Of a stretch of DNA of 64,000 nucleotides, positions 35,489 to 48,141 are shown piece by piece. The first letter of the stretch is position 1. Every line of letters starts with the position of its first letter. The translations under genes and the position numbers were made by a program. Source of the DNA: Lobosporangium transversale. Lineage: Eukaryota. The DNA is taken from NCBI RefSeq assembly GCF_002105155.1, contig NW_019028980.1, forward strand, positions 744,001-808,000. Reading direction: 5' to 3'. The notes beneath the pieces were generated by a model, which was not told the DNA's origin, made no database searches, and worked only from the letters and a program-made list of their open reading frames with translations.

Positions 35489-38400
35489 GTTGCAAAATAT
35501 TTTATTAATTTTTTTTTTGCAAATGTTAGAGAAAACTACAGGTCGGTAATGAGTGTGTAGCAGGTGTGTAATGAGATTGCAATGGGAGCGCAATGAGAGT
35601 GAGAGAAGGGGTGAAGGCGAGGGGAAGAGTGAGGTGGTGAGGGAGAGAGAGAGGAAGAGGGAGAGGGAGAGGGAGAAGGAGAGGGAGAGGGAGAAGAAAG
35701 GTAAGAGAGAGAAAGAAAGATAAAAGTTAATGTTGAAAAGTATATGTGTATCCGATCTATATATGCCAGATTGACTCCATATAAGCATGAATGTGAGTTG
35801 CATGTGTTTTGTACGCTCTTCCATATGATTTTTGACTTTGAAAAAAAAAAAAATTCAAAAAATTTAAGTCGCCAGCTAATAGTCGACTTTTGATTCCAGC
35901 CTGAGAGATAGGCTCGTCACCAGCCTGAGAGAGAAGCATCTGCAAGAGCAAGCCACCAGTTGCCTTTTTAGGCACGCTTGCCTTGCAGCACGTGTAAACA
36001 CACGTGCGCTTCGTCCTCAGGCTGGTGACGAGCCTAGGGGGGAGTTGTTACGTACCGAGGCTTGGGAGTGCACCTCAGGTGCACTTCCATTTTTATTCAT
36101 AAGGTCAGAATATCATGTGACGGTCATAGAGAGTCTTTGATAAAAGGCTCTCGTTTGACAATAATAAAAACAACTTTTGATCTCCTTGACTTCTAATATC
36201 TGAAAAACATCTCACATTGTCTTAAGCAACAAGCCAAGTTTTGTCACTCTCATCTTCGTAACACTTTTAAAAAAACTTCCGCACCACTTTATTAAACCTC
36301 TTCAGACAAAATGGCCGTCAACTCATTCATTTTCGAAAACATGGTATGCCAATTTCCAATTGGCGAATGGCCAAGCCCAAAGGATCTTACCATTTTCCAT
36401 TTCGTCGAATTGATCGCCAAAGAAAACTGTATGGGCCGTAGTGTTAAAAGCTTCAACAACATTATTACAAGGATCAAGAACATGACGCGACCAAAAAATA
36501 ACGATTCGGTCGTGAATATGATTTACAAGGAGAGCTTACGTGCCCTACTTGTAGACATAAAAACAAGAAAAATCAGAGGTTACCTGGAGGGGGTATGTAT
36601 CGAATAAATTAACGTTGAACCAACGAATTGATCCGATTTGACTAATATTTACTTCCATTATGATTCCAATATTAATAAAATAATAACAACTAGTCTAACG
36701 AGTCTGACAAGACTAAAAAGTCTGAGCCTGTCAACCGCCTCACTGGGGAAGGCGAGAGGAGTAGCCAGGTCACGGATAGATTGGTCTTGAAAGGACGTTT
36801 CGACGTGTCTTCTCTCCTCATGGAGGCACGAGAAGAGCTCGTTAAACTTGAGGAACAGCGCCAGGGAACGCTCCTCTCTTCACCTGATATTCTGTGAGTG
36901 CTTTTTACAACCATTTATTTCATTGCTTGAGAATACACCGAAGGTCGTGACACTAATACAGTTCTTACTGTGATTTCAAGCTCCATAAACTTCATTTTTA
37001 CAAAGGAATTTATGGAAAAGTATTGTCCAAAAGACAGGCATGGTATGATCCTTAGCCACTTTTTCAAGGCTACAACGACCGTAGCCTTGAGTGAGCAGGA
37101 TTTGGCTTTTTCCAAATTCTGCATGGAGAAAGCAGAGGCGTCAAACTCTGCTTCCGAGTATCGCGCCTGTCTTGAACAGGGTTGGGAAGGAGCAAGTGAA
37201 ATGCTCAAGAGTATTTTCACCACGGTTGGCAGCGATACGTTCTTTTGGGAGCCACCCAAAATAAACGAGATGACATACAGCATGCTCTACCTCAGGCCCT
37301 ACCTCTATGCCATCGCAGAAACTATAGGACTTTGGTGAGTAGTGGACCTGTCAGTTCTTTGTTCTTCATTCACTTCTGCAGGATATTCACATGTTATTTC
37401 TTCACTCTTGGTATAACACGCCTCCGCTTTCAGCGATTACGAATTCCCAACGGAGGAATACTATGAGGAGCGCTTTAGACCAGATCACTTGGTTACGGCC
37501 AACGGTCTGCCTCTACTCATAGTGGAGGTGAAACTCCCAGGCACTTCTAACGTGTTCCTTCGTAGAGATTTCAGGAAATTACTTTCTGAGATGAAGCTGG
37601 CACTAGATCTCTTGTTCGCTGAGGGTGTGGTAGACCCAACGGTCCTGGGTCTGCTTGTTCAAAGTATGTTATACTCTTGTATATTTTTATAATCCATGAA
37701 ACCTAAACGGAGACAGTGGTGCTAATTCACGCTTTTAGAGGATCAAATGGAGATCTTCGTAATGACCCTAGATTGCGAAGCCATTTATATCCCCAGACTA
37801 TTGGGCAAGGTCACACTGCCCAAGGATAAGAAGAGCCTTGGAGTAATTGCAGAAGCAGTGCCAATTCTGGAGGCTACAAAGGCACCTTACTTGAAAGCCA
37901 AGGAAGCTGTCGAGGGGCGACCCGCGAGCGTTACAGGCGCGGTGAAACATGCCCATACATGGGTGAGGCCATCTTTTCACCTCTGCAAGCTCAAGGATAG
38001 AAAGCGCAAGAGATCAGAATAAATTGCTTCATTAAGGATTGTTTATTGTACTATTCATCTTTAATGCCTGATGCTTCTTGCTATTCCAACGAATTATAAA
38101 CAAATCCGTCAAGAGTCTTGCCCACGATACCCTCATCCATGCCCCTCAACAAAAACCGCAGACCGATAACTGCTAATCATCTGAGTGTGCAAACGAATGA
38201 AATCTTGATTGATCTAATATTAATACAGAGTATATGATAGTAAGTTAAAATCGGTTTTGATATCGAGTTGCAGGTTGCAGGTTTGAATAAAGGCCATGCG
38301 TTTGTAGTACCATGCAAAGGATCACATCCTTATCCATTTTTCCGAGACGGAGAGCATACGGCAACTTGTGGTCGAACCTAAGGAGCCGACAGGAGATAGT

Positions 38401-39331
38401 AGGAACCAAGGCAGAGCCATATTTCGGAGGAAAAAAAAGAAAAAGAAAAAGAAAAGAAAAAGAAAAAGAAAAGAAAAAGAAAAAGAAAAGAAAAAGAAAA
38501 GAAAAAGAAAATAAAAGAAAAAGAAAATAAAAGAAAAAGAAAATAAAAGACTCGGATGTTTGACAGACTCTTAATTACCGGGGGGCTGAAGCTTTTGCAC
38601 AAGACCAAAGATCTGTTCAAAAGCTTCCCCACTAGTACAGTGGCCGGTTCGAATCAGCAGAACATCTGGTGTCTCCTTGTAACGACCTTCAAGGTCAAAG
38701 AAAAGAATAAAAAAAAAAAGAAAAAGAAAGATTCAGATGCTTGACAGACTCTTAATTACCGGGGGGCTGAAGCTTTTGCACAAGACCAAAGATCTGTTCA
38801 AAAGCTTCCCCACTAGTACAGTGGCCGGTTCGAATCAGCAGAACATCTGGTGTCTCCTTGTAACGACCTTCAAGGTCAAAGAAAAGAAAAGGGAGAAGGA
38901 AGCTGCGATGTTCTCATTGGATCGAAAAAGTCCGCGTCTATTCATTGTAAGAAACCAGAGATTACTTACAGATAATTAGGAAGCGCAGCTAAATGATAAA
39001 AAAAGATAATGTTTACTACTTACTTGATGGAACTCTGTGAATTTGACGATCATCATGTTTGATTGCGTTGCGTGAGAGCTAAGAGTGAAGGCAAGGAAGC
39101 GGAAGCAAAACATGATGACGCATAACAGTTATTCAACGTCAAAGCCACTGACCTCTTCCGCCGCTAGGCGTGCAAATAGAGGACAGCGAGCCAAGCTTGC
39201 AAGTAGCGAACGACATCAGAATTAGAGTTGCTATTCAATACAATTCAATTTTCGCTGGAGCCTATTCAATCAATTTAAAAAATATAAGGTATCATGACCA
39301 AATGAAACGGGGCTATATATACTATGTCTGC

Positions 39332-39363
<32 letters not shown>

Positions 39364-39870
39364 AAGTCCTGAAAAGCATGTCTATCAACATGAAATGAAG
39401 GTGGTCGCTTTTAATCATGGTAGCACGCTGAATACTTGATAGAAGTTGATCTCATGTTCTGAACAACGTGTGTCCATGACAGCCTATCCACATGCATATG
39501 TGGAGACCCATCAGTAAGTGGCTTTGGTTTGCTCGTGCATATACGGGGAATTCAAGTGCAGGCCCCCTGAAAGAAAAGTAAGAAAAGTAAATTTTGAGTA
39601 AAACAAAAGTAAATAATAAGTATATTTCCAGTAAATATCAGTAAAACAAAAGTATATTTTCAGTAAATATCAGTAAAACAAAAGTAAGTAAAAAGTATAT
39701 TTTCAGTAAGTACTTACTGATTTTTACTCGAAATATACTTTTGTTTTACTCAAAATTTACTTTTTTTTTTTTTTTTTTTACCGATGTGTAAGTAAATAAT
39801 AAGTAAATAATAAGTAAAAATTTACTGAAAAAAACTTCAGTACGAATGTTCAGTACATCAGTACAGGTCA
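35487..39870 (-). repeat. Right inverted arm (4384 bp)
   Basis: Starts ATGTTGCAAAA and ends CATCAGTACAGGTCA. Reverse complement of 26573-30957. Confidence 0.97.
36311..38022 (+). CDS. Five-exon gene with a C-terminal PD-(D/E)xK restriction-endonuclease-like domain (right-arm copy)
   Basis: Approximate exons 36311-36592 (GTATGT donor), 36694-36893 (GTGAGT), ~36962-37334 (GTGAGT), 37434-37663 (GTATGT), 37739-38022. Motif EERFRPDHLVTANGLPLLIVEVKLPG; basic C-terminal KRKR. Confidence 0.7.
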
Positions 39871-40133
39871 CTGACTGGAAACATCAAGGACCGAGCGGGA
39901 TTAATCATGGGAGGCCTGTGAAACATTTTGCCACTGCTCAGTCCAGTTGTGTGGTGCATTGGTCATCCCAGGGAGCGCCGTACATAAGAAAACATTCAAT
40001 ACGTTCCAATAAATTTATTCTATTTCTCGTTTCATTGAATATCTTTCTGATAATGGATTGTACGGTTGAAGAGAAATCCTCAGCTTAAATAGTATAGAAT
40101 CAGGGGGGTGATGGAGATATTGCTTACAATATA

Positions 40134-40376
40134 GGAAAGCTAAAGATGAGGATGAGAGCTACTTGGATAGGTTGATTACACAGTACGTATGGCCGGTATT
40201 TGCTCATCTGCTCATCCCACATCGGATCTTTACCAGTGAATGGGCGTCATGTCTGAGGTGCTGATGAAGAGGATGGAAAGTTAGTTGAGGACTCGCCAAG
40301 GTAAAAATGGTTTTTTCGCTTTGTCTTTTTTTAGTCTTGGCTACAAAAGGAAGAATGATCTACAAACGAACTACTA
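40134..40376 (+). pseudogene. Inverted, decayed duplicate of an internal piece of the neighbouring GH95 gene
   Basis: Matches the reverse complement of ~42423-42748 (KAKDEDESYLD...VEDSPR|GTAAAAATGG...GYK). It has a 4-nt insertion, TGG>TGA and a shortened intron. Confidence 0.85.
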
Positions 40377-40670
40377 GCAAGCAAGGTCAAACCTAGTTAG
40401 ACTCACAAAATAAAATTTTTCTCTCACGCGCTCAGATGTTGTTCTTTTGTGTACAACACGTTATATATATGTATTCGCCCAGATTTTGTGCTAGCTGAGA
40501 CACCAGATCTTGGATTCGCCTAGAAAAATTCGCACTCGCTCTGTGCCTGAAGCCCGTGATCTGGCCTAATTGGCTAGTGAGCCATCACGTACTTCACAGC
40601 TTATACTACATTGCCAATATTTTGGTGTCATTGGCTATACATTTATATCCCCATTACCAAGGTGTGTACA

Positions 40671-40701
<31 letters not shown>

Positions 40702-41075
40702 CGCTGTGTTTGCCCTCAGTTGACTCCCATTTGATTTCACTGGTGAGTCTTTTTGTGCCATCTTATGTCGCATGTTAGTTGCTGTTTATTTACACTTGGA
40801 AGCCTTTACCATATCACTTGCAAATAATAATAATAATAATAATAACCTTACGCGTTGAACTAGGCCCATGGCGCACTCAAAAAATCCCAAAGTTCGACTC
40901 ATTATCGGGCTACTCACCAATAATACATTTTTCTTTTTTTAAGTTAACAGGCATCCATAAAAACCTGTTTTCCTCCTGCCTCATGTGCTGTTCAAGGATA
41001 GAGCCCTTACAGACGCTTTCCTCGTCAAAGCGGAGACACTTGTTTAGGACTTTATTTTTTATTATTTTATTTCAT

Positions 41076-42053
41076 TCAAGTATCAATCTCGATGACATAT
41101 ATCTGGCCTTTAGCCATAGTTAACACAATCGTGTCCTCTTCACGGGAATATACAGGTGTCTTTGTTGAGCCCTTGATGGACACATGGATCTTGTCATTTG
41201 GCGTCACATCTTCTCCTTTCATTGTTCCAATCCTCACTGTCAACACTGAGCCCTTTAAGGTTGCCTCAGTCTCTACAACCTTGACTTTTCGTCCTTGCCA
41301 GCTCACGGCTACAGTATGTCCCTCTTTCGTCCTAAACCCTTGAACAGATCCCTGATTCAACCATCGATCTGGCAACCCTGTCTCTGCACAAGTCAAGACA
41401 TCCACAGAACCCGGTGATTGGCTTTGTATCACCATCTCCACTATCGCTGCAGCCATCCCTAACAGTCCAGAGTACCCCTCATCAAAATCCAACAAGTTCG
41501 TATGTTTGAGATTATGTTCCTTGAACAGCTTCAGTGCTTTATTAGCCATTGTCCCATTGCCAAGCCGAGCCCATGCAGCTGCACGCCAGCTCTTAGGCCA
41601 TCCCAAGTCCTCCTCCGTTGTTCCCATACGTCGCCGTTCAAGCGTCATCTTGGCAGCCTCCAATAGCTCTTCCCGGCCCGGATTAGCTTCACATCCTCCC
41701 TCGCCGCCTGTGGGCCCTTTTGGTTGGACAAAGATGGCCTGTCCTGGATAAACGGCCCAGAACGGCGCTAAGTGTCGATGAGCGTTGTTAGGATCATCCA
41801 AATCCAAATCCCATTCCTGTAACTGACCCCACTGTCCGATCTTGAATCCCGGTGATAAATTGCTCAAAGTCTCTGTTAGGTTTTGAATAAAGTCCTTGTC
41901 CCGTTCACCAATAATTGTAGTCGCCTGTAATGTCGAGTTCAATAGATTCCAGACCAATTGTTGGTCCAATGCAGAGCCAACTGTGAAGGGACCATGCTCT
42001 GGAGAATATGATGGGGATATCACACGCGAGCCATTGCAATGAGATGGTTGTTG

Positions 42054-42090
<37 letters not shown>

Positions 42091-44538
42091 GGATACTGTT
42101 GCGCTAAAGAATCAATCCAAAACTGTGCTGCTCCCTTCATCACCTTGTACACACGATCCCTCAAGAAATTATAGTCTTGACTATAGAGATACCTCTCCCA
42201 TGCATGTTGAGAGAGCCAAGCATTTGCAGCCGGGAAATAGAATGAATTTGGTTGAGCTGTAGGACCCGTATGTGCCCAGATATTGGAGAATGTATGTGTC
42301 ATCCATCCGCGGACTCCATGATGAAGACTAGCTGTCTCTTGGCCACGAGGGACGAGCAGTTTCTCGATATAGTCGAGCAGCGGTATCACTGTCTCGCCAA
42401 GCCCTGTCCCCTCTGCCAGCCAATAGTTCATCTGCAGATCAATATTCATTTTGTAGCCAAGGCTAGGAGGTCGAAAGAGAAAATAAAAAGCAGAGTTTAA
42501 ATGTTTTAAAAAGCTTTTGAGTAAGTGAGAGCTTAAAATATACATAAGGAAAAAGAAAAGGACAAAGCGAAAAAACCATTTTTACCTTGGCGAGTCCTCA
42601 ACTAACTTTCCATCCTCTTCATCAGCACCCCAGACATGACGCCCACTCACTGGTAAAGATCCGATGTGGGAAGAGGAGATGAGCAAATACCGGCCATACT
42701 GTGTAATCAACCCATCCAAGTAGCTCTCATCCTCATCTTTTGCTTTCCCATGCCGGCTCGCCTCCACTAATTCGTCTGTTGCCAGTTGAGTAGTCGCTGG
42801 TTGGCCCAGATCCAGTTCAAATCTCCGGAATAAAGCTTGGTATTCTTGAAGATACTTTTGGAGCTGATCGTTATAAAACATGGAAAGCGCCTTATCGATC
42901 ACATTGAGCAAGCGAACGTGTGGATCCTTGCCCCGAAAAGTTGGATACTCATTTGTATCCCAGTTCGTGCCCAAACTGTAGTATAGAGTCACCGTGTCAA
43001 ATCCTAACACTATCACTTCTCGACTGTTGGACATGGACACCCCCGTGGCCCCCTCAGCCTTGACTGCGACTTGTGCTTCAACTATCATGTTATTGGATTG
43101 CAGCTGTGCTCGGAATCCTAGCCGGTTATGAATATTGGTGTACTCGAGATTGTTTTCTTGATGTGATTTGAGCGAAACTTTGAGGTTCATAGACTTTGGT
43201 TCAGAGGCTTGCATACGCATCACACAGGTTGACTCTGAGTAGCTGCAAAAATACTCTCTAAAAAGAAAGAAAGTAAAAAAAAAAAAATAAAATAAAAAAA
43301 AAATGAGTATATTAGTAAAAAGTAAAAAGACCATGCAGAAGCTTGAAGGTCCTCACCACATGAGGGTGATTAACTTTCCTTTTTTTTTTTTTTTTTTTTT
43401 TTTTTCCCGGGCTTGCCTATTACCTGCTGTAGTCCACACCTTGTGCCGAGAAGGTCACCCTAATGACTCCAGTTTCCAGATCTAATTCACGTTTATATTG
43501 CTCTACTATTGCGAACGGGCGTAACTCGCTGATCAAGATCTCACCAAATGCCTCGGGCCGTCCAAACCCACGTTCATCCCCTTGTAATGTTTTGACGATC
43601 GGCATGGATGTTTTAATCACTTGCCTCTCATCCAATGCCTTTCGAAATCCCCCCAGCGCCTTTTGCCTTGCCTCTGCTTCACTCTCTGCTACATTTCCGC
43701 CTCTGTACACATTATCTCCTTCGCTTTCACGATCGTAGTAGTAGCTGTTATTATTATTATTATTATTATTGTTGTTGTTGTTGATTTTACCGCTGTTGTT
43801 TTTGTAATTGTACCCAACATTAGTATCCATGGACTCTTGCTGCTGCTGCTGCTGCTGTTGTTGTTGTTGTTGTTGAGATTGCGGTTGAGATTGCGGTCCC
43901 TGTTCAGGGTATCCAGGTCCTCCTGACCAGCAGCTCTCTTCATTCAACACAAGTCGCTCTTGGTTAATCCCTCCACCGACCAACACTCGTACCCGTCCAC
44001 CATTACTCATCAGAAGCCCTTCTTCCTTAATATTCTTTGCAGGGTTCCGATACCAGAGCCTCCAGCGAGAAGGAGGGGGTTCCGATGAAGGGAACGCGTC
44101 TCTCTTTATTTCTGCTTCAATGAATGTTGATGACGTGGGTTCCGATAAGAATTGCCTGCACTCCTCCTCCAATGCGCTCCTAACTTCTGCCTCTGTGCGC
44201 AGGTCTGCAAGACTATTGGAGTTGTCATCCTCATCTTTGAATTTCTTCTCCCCTTCTGTTTTCTTATATCTATCATCCATGTTGTAATCCTGAGAAAATA
44301 CCTCCTGAATGTTGAGCCCTTTATTGGTGTGTGGGCCTCGAAGATGCATAGGTGGTGGTGATGATGGCGATAATGGTGTGTCCTGTAGGAATGGTACCAC
44401 TAGTTGTGCATCTACAATGGCTATAGTCTTCCTGCCTGCGTTATAGCCAAAGTTCCCTTGGCCTGTCAAGAACGCAAGCGTTGTTACCAAGCAGAGCAAC
44501 AGCCGAGCCTTTGGCTTCATAGGACCGTAGTGGTGCAT
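41076..44538 (-). CDS. Glycoside hydrolase family 95 (alpha-1,2-L-fucosidase-like), three exons, signal peptide
   Basis: LWYRNPA...LNEESCWSGGP...YKRELDLETG...YGRYLLISSS...NIDLQMNYW...SPSYSPEHG...LQEW...HRHL...GWPKSWRAAAWARL. Exons about 44538-43425, 43257-42586, 42474-41076. Confidence 0.88.
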
Positions 44539-44666
44539 AACGTATAATATTAATGTCCCTTTTTGCTGAAGCGAGTGAGAATGAGCAGAGTTTTTTTAAA
44601 TAAAAAAAAAAAGGAATGCCTTGTGGGAATTTCGACATGAACAAAAAAAAAAAAAATTGCATGACG

Positions 44667-44699
<33 letters not shown>

Positions 44700-46133
44700 C
44701 ACGTAACTACTAGAACCACAGTGGAGGAGTCCTCGGTTGGACTGCCTTCTATGGTTTTTAGATAGGACACATTGTTTAATTCATAGAAAATCAATTTAAC
44801 TGGTAAGTATTTAATCAATACAAATGTACATAACTCTATCTGTTACTCTGATAGAACCACCTTCCTTAAGCACATTCTGTTAGAGCTCTTTCAGTGAATA
44901 GTTATAACCACGCAATCAACGCTCTTCTCAATCTTCCAATCCGCGTTTTTTTTATTTTTTTTTTTTTATTTTTTTTTTTTTTTGTGTTGATCCATATAGT
45001 TCTGTTATAAATATATATATGGCTTTGAATCTTCAAGAAACTAAGGACTTGAATCCGATCTGGGATTGGTTCTCCCCGGTCATCATTCACCCACTTAAAG
45101 GAAAAGAAGGAGGAGTATATCCTAGGCCAACTTCTCTCCCCCTCCCTCCCCCCCTCCTCCCTCTCCTCCTTTCCTCCTGATGATCGCATTTCCGAGTCAG
45201 TCAGGGTGATCAAGAAAAAGAAAAAGCTTAGTTTTGGAGAAGGTATCTTGTTTTACTTCTTTTTTACTTTTAGATATAAAAATAACTATGAAATAAATAA
45301 AAAAAGAATAAAAGCAGGGCAGATTTGTCATTTCGTTCATGCAGGTTTGCGTTAATGGGGAAATGCTTTGGCGACTGTTCGATGCTTGTTGATTTTCCAA
45401 ATCTGCTCTGATTTCACCGTAATTTAGCGGAACTGATAAGCATCCCCTGAATAGCTGTCATCATCCAGAGGGGACTACTTCGAATGGACAGGATATACTG
45501 TGTTGTTCAAAACAATAAAACAGAAAAGACAGCATTGTCTCTTTTGAGCAATGAAGGATAAAGGATTTGTTCCTTAGGGCAAACTTTTTGAAGCCACGCT
45601 TGTTGCTAGTAAAAACACAAATGGGTTCCCGTTTTCCGTATACTTTCAGTGCTTCCACATCCCAAGGGCTGTGATGTAGCCATTAAATGTTAAATGTTTG
45701 TCGAAGCATTGACACATCCCTTGCAAAAGTTCGGATGTATGCTAGGAATATTGTTTAAGGGACGTAGAGGTCAATGTCGTGTAGCAGTGTTCAAGTGTTT
45801 ATACAGTATCATAGTATCATATGGAGTCCGAACAGTCGCCTTTAGCTACCCACCCCTCAAAAATAAAAGCCAATAACAGAAATGGCAGGATGAGGATGAA
45901 GAGAAAGATAGAGAGAGAGAGAGAGAGATGAAAAAAAAGGGGGAGAGGGGTGATCAGGACCCTCAAGATGATCACCAGGTGTTTATTGATTTATTTTATT
46001 TTATTCTATTTTATTTTATTCTATTTTATTTTACTTATTTATTTTGCATTTACCCAAATAATGTAAAATATGTTTCTACCATCGAAGCAGAATGTTAGGA
46101 TCCACAAATCTCCGAAACACAACCGAAAAAGAA

Positions 46134-46177
<44 letters not shown>

Positions 46178-46924
46178 ATCTATCTCTCTTCCTCTTTTGA
46201 CCGATTAAATGGGAATCCATATAACTATTATAGAAAGACATATGAATGTATATATTAATGAATGCGATTGCGAATATAAACATGAATATAAATCAGTACG
46301 TTTATTGACGTTTGCAATGCGCTTTTTTCTTCTTGGCGTCATCGATAAAGGAGACAGAGATCGAGAACAAATTACTACTTTTTTTTTTTTTTTTTTTACA
46401 ATTCCAGGTAAAAGCTAATAATGCTCTAGTTTTTTATTTATTACGATTGTATCATGAGTAAAATAAAATAGACTAAAAAAGAGTTGCTGCTGGTATAGGA
46501 TATTATTAACAGAAAAAAATAAAAAATAAAAAAAATAAGGATATAAAAAGTACAAAGTACACGGCGTTAAGGTAGAGAGGGGAGTGATTATAAAATGACT
46601 TTTTTTTTTCTTTTTTTCTCGGCAAGTCAGCAACATCAGACTAATTCATTTAGATAGAGAAAAAGCAAAAAAAAAAAAAAAAAAAGCATAAAAACAAATG
46701 TTTCAAGAATAATAGATACAGTGATAACATTAGCAGCAATGACAACAATAAATGCGCAAATGCAATAAAAAAAAAAACCATAAAATGAAATTAAACATAA
46801 AAAGACATAAAAAAAAAAAAAAAAAAATGGAGATTGTGGATGTGATGGATATGATGAATGGAAGACATCCACAGAAAAATTAAGAAAATAAAATAATAAA
46901 ATAAAAGAAAAATAATAAAAGAAA

Positions 46925-46964
46925 AATAGAGTCGCGTCGCGACACGACACGACGCGACTCTATT
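46925..46964. repeat. Perfect 15-bp hairpin overlapping the kinase stop codon
   Basis: AATAGAGTCGCGTCG (46925-46939), 10-nt loop, CGACGCGACTCTATT (46950-46964). Confidence 0.9.
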
Positions 46965-48110
46965 GCGACTCTCCGATGACCCAACGGTGGTTGATCACCT
47001 GGGCCATCGTCAGACGCCGTGCTGGGTCCACAGCCAGCATATTCTTGACCAGATCCTTAAGATCTATATTAAAATAAATAAATAAATATATATTCCAATC
47101 ATTCAGTTAGAAAGACATGCTCATAATGTAAAAAGTCTTGTTAAGAAAAGATCTGTGCAAGTTTTTTTTTTGAACCATACCTGGGTCAATGTCCTCTTGC
47201 AGCGTAAAAGGGAACATCCGATGGGATGCCCTCTTACGCTTGTACGCTGCAACCTTCTTCTTGTCGGTCTCGTACAGCTCCTTGGGCAAGTCACCATGGA
47301 TCATGGTATATAGTGTCAAGCCCAGTGCCCACACGTCAGCTTCGTAGCCATGGTATAAATCCCAGTTCGTGGCGTGGCTACTGTTGTTGCCACCATGGCG
47401 TCTGCCACTGCTACTGGGCTGCTTCGATTTCTGACGTGCTGCTACGTTATTGTCCATCTCGGGCGGAGCCAAGATGGTGGTTCCGTAGAACGAGAAGCAA
47501 GGAGAGCTTCCTGGCGTCAAGTATTTTGAGTGACCAAAGTCACAGAGCTTGGCGCGGTATGTGTTCGTGGCTCTGTCAATGCTGATCAGCACGTTCTCGT
47601 CCTTGATGTCACCGTGGACAATATTCTGCGAATGCAGGTAATGAAGCGCACGTGCAAGCTGAGTGAAAATGGACCGGAGTGCACTCTCTTGAATGGTTGA
47701 GGTATAAATGGATGGTGGCTCGGACGTGGACCGTGGTAGTTCCTGAAGATTCTTGGATCGCGTGGATGCATCCTCATCTTGGACAGGCTTGTGTAGCTCA
47801 ATAAAATCAAAGAGTGAAAACCCTCCCATCTCTGCTACAATGTACGAGATGTCCTTGTTGGACTGGTCGTTTGGATCGATATCACCATAGAGGGAGGAGG
47901 TGAAATGTTCATAGAACTCAAGGATGTTCTCATGCTCCTTCAGACGCAACAAGATGTCCAGCTCTCGCTGCACTTTCTGCTCCACATGATCCCCAGTGTG
48001 GGGAATGACCTTGATTGCGACCTTTATAAAGTATAGTATATATATGTAAAGTGCACAGACAATAAACCAAGAGTGAATTAGTACAATGAAGATTTCCGTA
48101 CAACCATGTG

Positions 48111-48141
<31 letters not shown>

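Larger units (their letters stand above)
26573..39870. mobile_element. AcademH-like DNA transposon, 13.3 kb, with ~4.4-kb terminal inverted arms
   Basis: Convergent RecQ-like helicase and DDE transposase genes lie between arms 26573-30957 and 35487-39870. The ORF track shows mirror-identical ORFs whose coordinates sum to 66444. Confidence 0.85.

Noticed and set aside
35489..35824. N-terminal 112 aa of the 897-aa ORF (and mirror ORF 30620-31120)
   Set aside because: Translated CT-rich arm sequence. The same text sits out of frame before the helicase, so the ATG at 35488 is the likelier start.
26573..39870. Giant inverted repeat as a long-read fold-back artefact
   Set aside because: The arms enclose a 4.5-kb unique core with two coherent transposon genes, end at those genes' start codons, and have different unique outer flanks. 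Spanning reads would still be the final check.
45950..45968. CAGGACCCTCAAG resembling the non-LTR stub
   Set aside because: Only ~12 nt match, with no poly(T) tract and no TSD.
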